Assembly: GCA_950097015.1 (NCBI GenBank)
Contig: CATNEN010000040.1
Span: 186,001 to 250,000, forward strand
Length of the DNA: 64,000 nt
Reading direction: 5' to 3'
Source: Macrostomum hystrix
Lineage: Eukaryota > Animalia > Platyhelminthes
This document shows, in pieces, positions 58,101 through 64,000 of the stretch. The notes below the pieces were generated by a model. The model saw only the letters and a program-made list of their open reading frames with translations. It made no database searches and was not told where the DNA came from. Position 1 is the stretch's first letter. Each line of letters starts with the position of its first letter. Made by a program: the position numbers and the translations under genes.

Positions 58101-61100
58101 CCACTCCTCTCCGATCACTCAGATCCTACTCCTCTCCGATCACTCAGATCCTACTCCTCTCCGATCATTCAGATCCTACTCCTCTCCAATCATTCAGATC
58201 CTACTCCTCTCCGATCATTCAGATCCCACTCCTCTCCGATCATTCAGATCCTACTCCTCTCCGATCATTCAGATCCCACTCCTCTCCGATCATTCAGATC
58301 CTACTCCTCTCCGATCACTCAGATCCTACTCCTCTCCAATCATTCAGATCCTACTCCTCTCCGATCATTCAGATCCCACTCCTCTCCAATCATTCAGATC
58401 CCACTCCTCTCCGATCATTCAGATCCTACTCCTCTCCGATCATTCAGATCCTACTCCTCTCCGATCATTCAGATCCCACTCCTCTCCGATCATTCAGATC
58501 CTACTCCTCTCCGATCATTCAGATCCCACTCCTCTCCGATCATTCAGATCCTACTCCTCTCCGATCACTCAGATCCTACTCCTCTCCAATCATTCAGATC
58601 CCACTCCTCTCCGATCACTCAGATCCTACTCCTCTCCGATCACTCAGATCCTACTCCTCTCCAATCATTCAGATCCCACTCCTCTCCGATCATTCAGATC
58701 CCACTCCTCTCCGATCATTCAGATCCCACTCCTCTCCGATCACTCAGATCCCACTCCTCTCCGATCATTCAGATCCCACTCCTCTCCGATCATTCAGATC
58801 CTACTCCTCTCCGATCACTCAGATCCACTCCTCTCCAATCATTCAGATCCCACTCCTCTCCGATCATTCAGATCCCACTCCTCTCCGATCATTCAGATCC
58901 CACTCCTCTCCGATCACTCAGATCCCACTCCTCTCCGATCATTCAGATCCCACTCCTCTCCGATCATTCAGATCCTACTCCTCTCCGATCACTCAGATCC
59001 CACTCCTCTCCAATCATTCAGATCCCACTCCTCTCCAATCATTCAGATCCCACTCCTCTCCAATCATTCAGATCCCACTCCTCTCCGATCATTCAGATCC
59101 TACTCCTCTCCGATCACTCAGATCCTACTCCTCTCCAATCATTCAGATCCCTACTCCTCTCCGATCACTCAGATCCTACTCCTCTCCGATCACTCAGATC
59201 CTACTCCTCTCCAATCATTCAGATCCCTACTCCTCTCCGAATCATTCAGATCCACTCCTCTCCGATCATTCAGATCCCACTCCTCTCCGATCACTCAGAT
59301 CCTACTCCTCTCCAATCATTCAGATCCCACTCCTCTCCGATCATTCAGATCCCACTCCTCTCCGATCATTCAGATCCACTCCTCTCCGATCACTCAGATC
59401 CCACTCCTCTCCAGATCATTCAGATCCTACTCCTCTCCGATCACTCAGATCCCACTCCTCTCCAATCATTCAGATCCCACTCCTCTCCAATCATTCAGAT
59501 CCCACTCCTCTCCGATCATTCAGATCCCACTCCTCTCCGATCATTCAGATCCCACTCCTCTCCGATCACTCAGATCCCACTCCTCTCCGATCACTCAGAT
59601 CCCACTCCTCTCCGATCACTCAGATCCCACTCCTCTCCAATCATTCAGATCCCACTCTTCTGCAATCACTCAGATCCCATTCCTCTCCGATCACTCAGAT
59701 CCCACTCCTCTCCAATCACTCAGATCCCACTCCTCTCCGATCACTCAGATCCCACTCCTCTCCAATCACTCAGATCCCACTCCTCTCCGATCACTCAGAT
59801 CCCACTCCTCTCCAATCATTCAGATCCCACTCCTCTCCGATCATTCAGATCCCACTCCTCTCCGATCACTCAGATCCCACTCCTCTCCAATCATTCAGAT
59901 CCCACTCCTCTCCGATCATTCAGATCCCACTCCTCTCCGATCATTCAGATCCCACTCCTCTCCGATCACTCAGATCCCACTCCTCTCCGATCACTCAGAT
60001 CCCACTCCTCTCCGATCACTCAGATCCCACTTCTCTCCAATGATTCAGATCCCACTCCTCTCCAATGATTCAGATCCCACTCCTCTCCAATGATTCAGAT
60101 CCCACTCCTCTACAATCATTCAGATCCCACTCCTCTCCAATGATTCAGATCCCACTCCTCTCCGATCACTCAGATCCCACTCCTCTCCGATCACTCAGAT
60201 CCCACTCCTCTCCAATGATTCAGATCCCACTCCTCTCCGATCACTCAGATCCCACTCCTCTCCGATCACTCAGATCCCACTTCTCTCCAATGATTCAGAT
60301 CCCACTCCTCTCCAATCATTCAGATCCCACTCCTCTCCGATCACTCAGATCCCACTCCTCTCCAATCATTCAGATCCCACTCCTCTCCAATCATTCAGAT
60401 CCCACTCCTCTCCGATCACTCAGATCCCACTCCTCTCCGATCACTCAGATCCCACTTCTCTCCAATGATTCAGATCCCACTCCTCTACAATCATTCAGAT
60501 CCTACTCCTCTCCAATGATTCAGATCCCACTCCTCTCCAATGATTCAGATCCCACTCCTCTACAATCATTCAGATCCCACTCCTCTCCAATGATTCAGAT
60601 CCCACTCCTCTCCAATCACTCAGATCCCACTCCTCTCCAATCACTCAGATCCCACTCCTCTCCGATCACTCAGATCCCACTCCTCTCCAATGATTCAGAT
60701 CCCACTCCTCTCCGATCACTCAGATCCCACTCCTCTCCGATCACTCAGATCCCACTTCTCTCCAATGATTCAGATCCCACTCCTCTCCAATCATTCAGAT
60801 CCCACTCCTCTCCAATGATTCAGATCCCACTCCTCTACAATCATTCAGATCCCACTCCTCTCCAATGATTCAGATCCCACTCCTCTCCGATCACTCAGAT
60901 CCCACTCCTCTCCAATGATTCAGATCCCACTCCTCTCCAATGATTCAGATCCCACTCCTCTACAATCATTCAGATCCCACTCCTCTCCAATGATTCAGAT
61001 CCCACTCCTCTCCGATCACTCAGATCCCACTTCTCTCCAATGATTCAGATCCCACTCCTCTACAATCATTCAGATCCTACTCCTCTCCAATGATTCAGAT

Positions 61101-63040
61101 CCCACTCCTCTACAATCATTCAGATCCCACTCCTCTCCAATGATTCAGATCCCACTCCTCTCCGATCACTCAGATCCCACTCCTCTCCAATGATTCAGAT
61201 CCCACTCCTCTCCAATGATTCAGATCCCACTCCTCTCCAATGATTCAGATCCCACTCCTCTCCAATGATTCAGATCCCACTCCTCTCCAATGATTCAGAT
61301 CCCACTCCTCTCCAATGATTCAGATCCCACTCCTCTCCAATGATTCAGATCCCACTCCTCTCCAATGATTCAGATCCCACTCCTCTCCAATGATTCAGAT
61401 CCCACTCCTCTCCAATGATTCAGATCCCACTCCTCTACAATCATTCAGATCCCACTCCTCTCCAATGATTCAGATCCCACTCCTCTCCAATGATTCAGAT
61501 CCCACTCCTCTACAATCATTCAGATCCCACTCCTCTCCAATGATTCAGATCCCACTCCTCTCCAATGATTCAGATCCCACTCCTCTCCAATGATTCAGAT
61601 CCCACTCCTCTCCAATGATTCAGATCCCACTCCTCTACAATCATTCAGATCCCACTCCTCTCCAATGATTCAGATCCCACTCCTCTCCAATGATTCAGAT
61701 CCCACTCCTCTCCAATGATTCAGATCCCACTCCTCTCCAATGATTCAGATCCCACTCCTCTACAATCATTCAGATCCCACTCTTCTGCAATCACTCAGAT
61801 CCCATTCCTCTCCGATCACTCAGATCCCACTCCTCTCCAATCACTCAGATCCCACTCCTCTCCGATCATTCAGATCCCACTCCTCTCCGATCACTCAGAT
61901 CCCACTCCTCTCCGATCATTCAGATCCCACTCCTCTCCAATCATTCAGATCCCACTCCTCTCCGATCACTCAGATCCCACTCCTCTCCGATCATTCAGAT
62001 CCCACTCCTCTCCAATCATTCAGATCCCACTCCTCTCCGATCACTCAGATCCCACTCCTCTCCGATCATTCAGATCCCACTCCTCTCCAATCATTCAGAT
62101 CCCACTCCTCTCCGATCACTCAGATCCCACTCCTCTCCAATCACTCAGATCCCACTCCTCTCCAATGATTCAGATCCCACTCCTCTACAATCATTCAGAT
62201 CCCACTCTTCTGCAATCACTCAGATCCCATTCCTCTCCGATCACTCAGATCCCACTCCTCTCCAATCACTCAGATCCCACTCCTCTCCAATCACTCAGAT
62301 CCCACTCCTCTCCAATCACTCAGATCCCACTCCTCTCCAATCACTCAGATCCCACTCCTCTCCAATGATTCAGATCCCACTCCTCTCCAATCACTCAGAT
62401 CCCACTCCTCTCCAATCACTCAGATCCCACTCCTCTCCAATGATTCAGATCCCACTCCTCTCCAATCACTCAGATCCCACTCCTCTCCAATCACTCAGAT
62501 CCCACTCCTCTCCAATCACTCAGATCCCACTCCTCTCCATCATTCAGATCCCACTCCTCTCCAATCATTCAGATCCCACTCCTCTCCATCATTCAGATCC
62601 CACTCCTCTCCAATCACTCAGATCCCACTCCTCTCCAATCACTCAGATCCCACTCCTCTCCAATCACTCAGATCCCACTCCTCTCCAATCACTCAGATCC
62701 CACTCCTCTCCAATCACTCAGATCCCACTCCTCTCCAATGATTCAGATCCCACTCCTCTCCAATCACTCAGATCCCACTCCTCTCCAATCACTCAGATCC
62801 CACTCCTCTCCAATCACTCAGATCCCACTCCTCTCCATCATTCAGATCCCACTCCTCTCCAATCATTCAGATCCCACTCCTCTCCATCATTCAGATCCCA
62901 CTCCTCTCCAATCACTCAGATCCCACTCCTCTCCAATCACTCAGATCCCACTCCTCTCCAATCACTCAGATCCCACTCCTCTACAATCACTCAGATCCCA
63001 CTCCTCTCCAATCACTCAGATCCCACTCCTCTCCAATCAT
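49108..63040. repeat. ~14-kb satellite with a 25-bp unit, CAGATCCCACTCCTCTCC(A/G)AT(C/G)A(C/T)T, about 555 copies
   Basis: Continuous 25-bp period; the long ORFs here are artefacts of a unit with no stop codon. Confidence 0.98.
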
Positions 63041-64000
63041 CACTCCGAGGGGATTTAAAAGATTGTTAACTAGTAAATTGAGCAGAGCCCCAGCTAATTT
63101 CTAATCCCAGTTATGTCTAAATATGCCAGGTTGCAGCCCTCTGTCTTGCACAACACTCAATTTGTCACCCATCCCGTTTTTCACAGGTGTCACAAGCTGT
63201 GTGAAATCAGCTTTGTCAGTCTTTTAAAAATACTCTTTTTCCTAAATAAAGGAAAACAGAATTTTTCTACAAAAGTCTGACAGCACTCTGTGACAGTTAT
63301 ATGTGTTAACAGGCCTTGTCTGCTATCCAACTGTGGGAGTATTATGCAATCCTCCGGGATCAAAGCAAAAAAGCCATCCCTTCGAAATATCCCCATGTTC
63401 CGCTTGTTAAGTTTTACACATGTTCACGCAAGGCACACAACAACCTTATTTTGGAACAAGCTGTTGTGACGCAACGAAGGGGTAAAAATCCCTTTCCATT
63501 TTAATTTTTTAAACTTTACATGTGAGGATTTTAGTCAAAAGTGACACATTTTTTTAATTGGGACAAAGAACAAGTACCCTGGAGTTAGAAATGCGGAGTA
63601 AATTTGACGCATTGAAAAATAACTTAGAATTGCACATTCAGCTTGCGCCAATTAAAACAAATAATAAATCTTTAATATTTCCTCATATCGCTAAAATTTC
63701 ATAATCAACACATTATACTATAAGATAATAAAAATAATTCACCTACGAGTATGCCTAATGAATTTATTCTCAAACTAAACAATATACGATAGGGACAAGC
63801 AATGCTCAAAGTGTTTATGAGGCAGTGTTTATTATTATTATTACTATTGCATAATCATTGCACTACATTAAATACTAAACCAAATGATGATTAGCTTCTA
63901 TTATTTCACTTTTGGCTTATAGATTGGAGAACTAAGACCCTGTATTTGATTGTTTGGTGTTTACTAATGGCGAGCTATCTATAGTCTTGTTATTCAATTC

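Noticed and set aside
58800-59420. Cluster of 1-bp indels in the satellite suggesting a distinct subfamily
   Set aside because: Equally consistent with residual long-read consensus errors; cannot be resolved without reads.
49108-63069. Very long + strand ORFs (up to 1044 aa) of IQIPLLSNHSDPTPL repeats
   Set aside because: Translations of a 25-bp unit that lacks stops except in the ATGA variant; all three frames give the same cyclic peptide.

Overview
Eukaryotic (invertebrate metazoan) genomic DNA. Compact GC-rich exons, few introns and heavy simple-repeat load suggest something like the flatworm Macrostomum, but that is inference only. Seven protein-coding genes were reconstructed by hand with consistent GT-AG splice phases: a single-exon HES/E(spl)-type bHLH-WRPW repressor (+), CCDC148 (-, 5 exons), an intronless cortactin (-), a LASP/nebulin-family LIM-SH3 gene (+, 9 exons), USP10 (+, 2 exons), an intronless CDT1 (+) and ALDH4A1/P5C dehydrogenase (-, 3 exons). 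By rough tally about 28 kb (about 44%) is tandem repeat: roughly 25 minisatellites (mostly 19-38 bp units) filling introns and gene flanks, two in-frame coding minisatellites, and a ~14 kb 25-bp satellite. tRNA-derived CORE-like SINEs and several MITE/foldback elements are also present. The most interesting observations are: (i) downstream of the HES gene, one minisatellite carries Su(H)/CSL consensus sites and another carries proneural-type E-boxes, like a natural multimerised Notch reporter; (ii) neighbouring arrays share 11-17 nt cores, implying local seeding; (iii) a 27-bp array multimerises a CCAAT plus CACGTG module. All regulatory interpretations are untested hypotheses.
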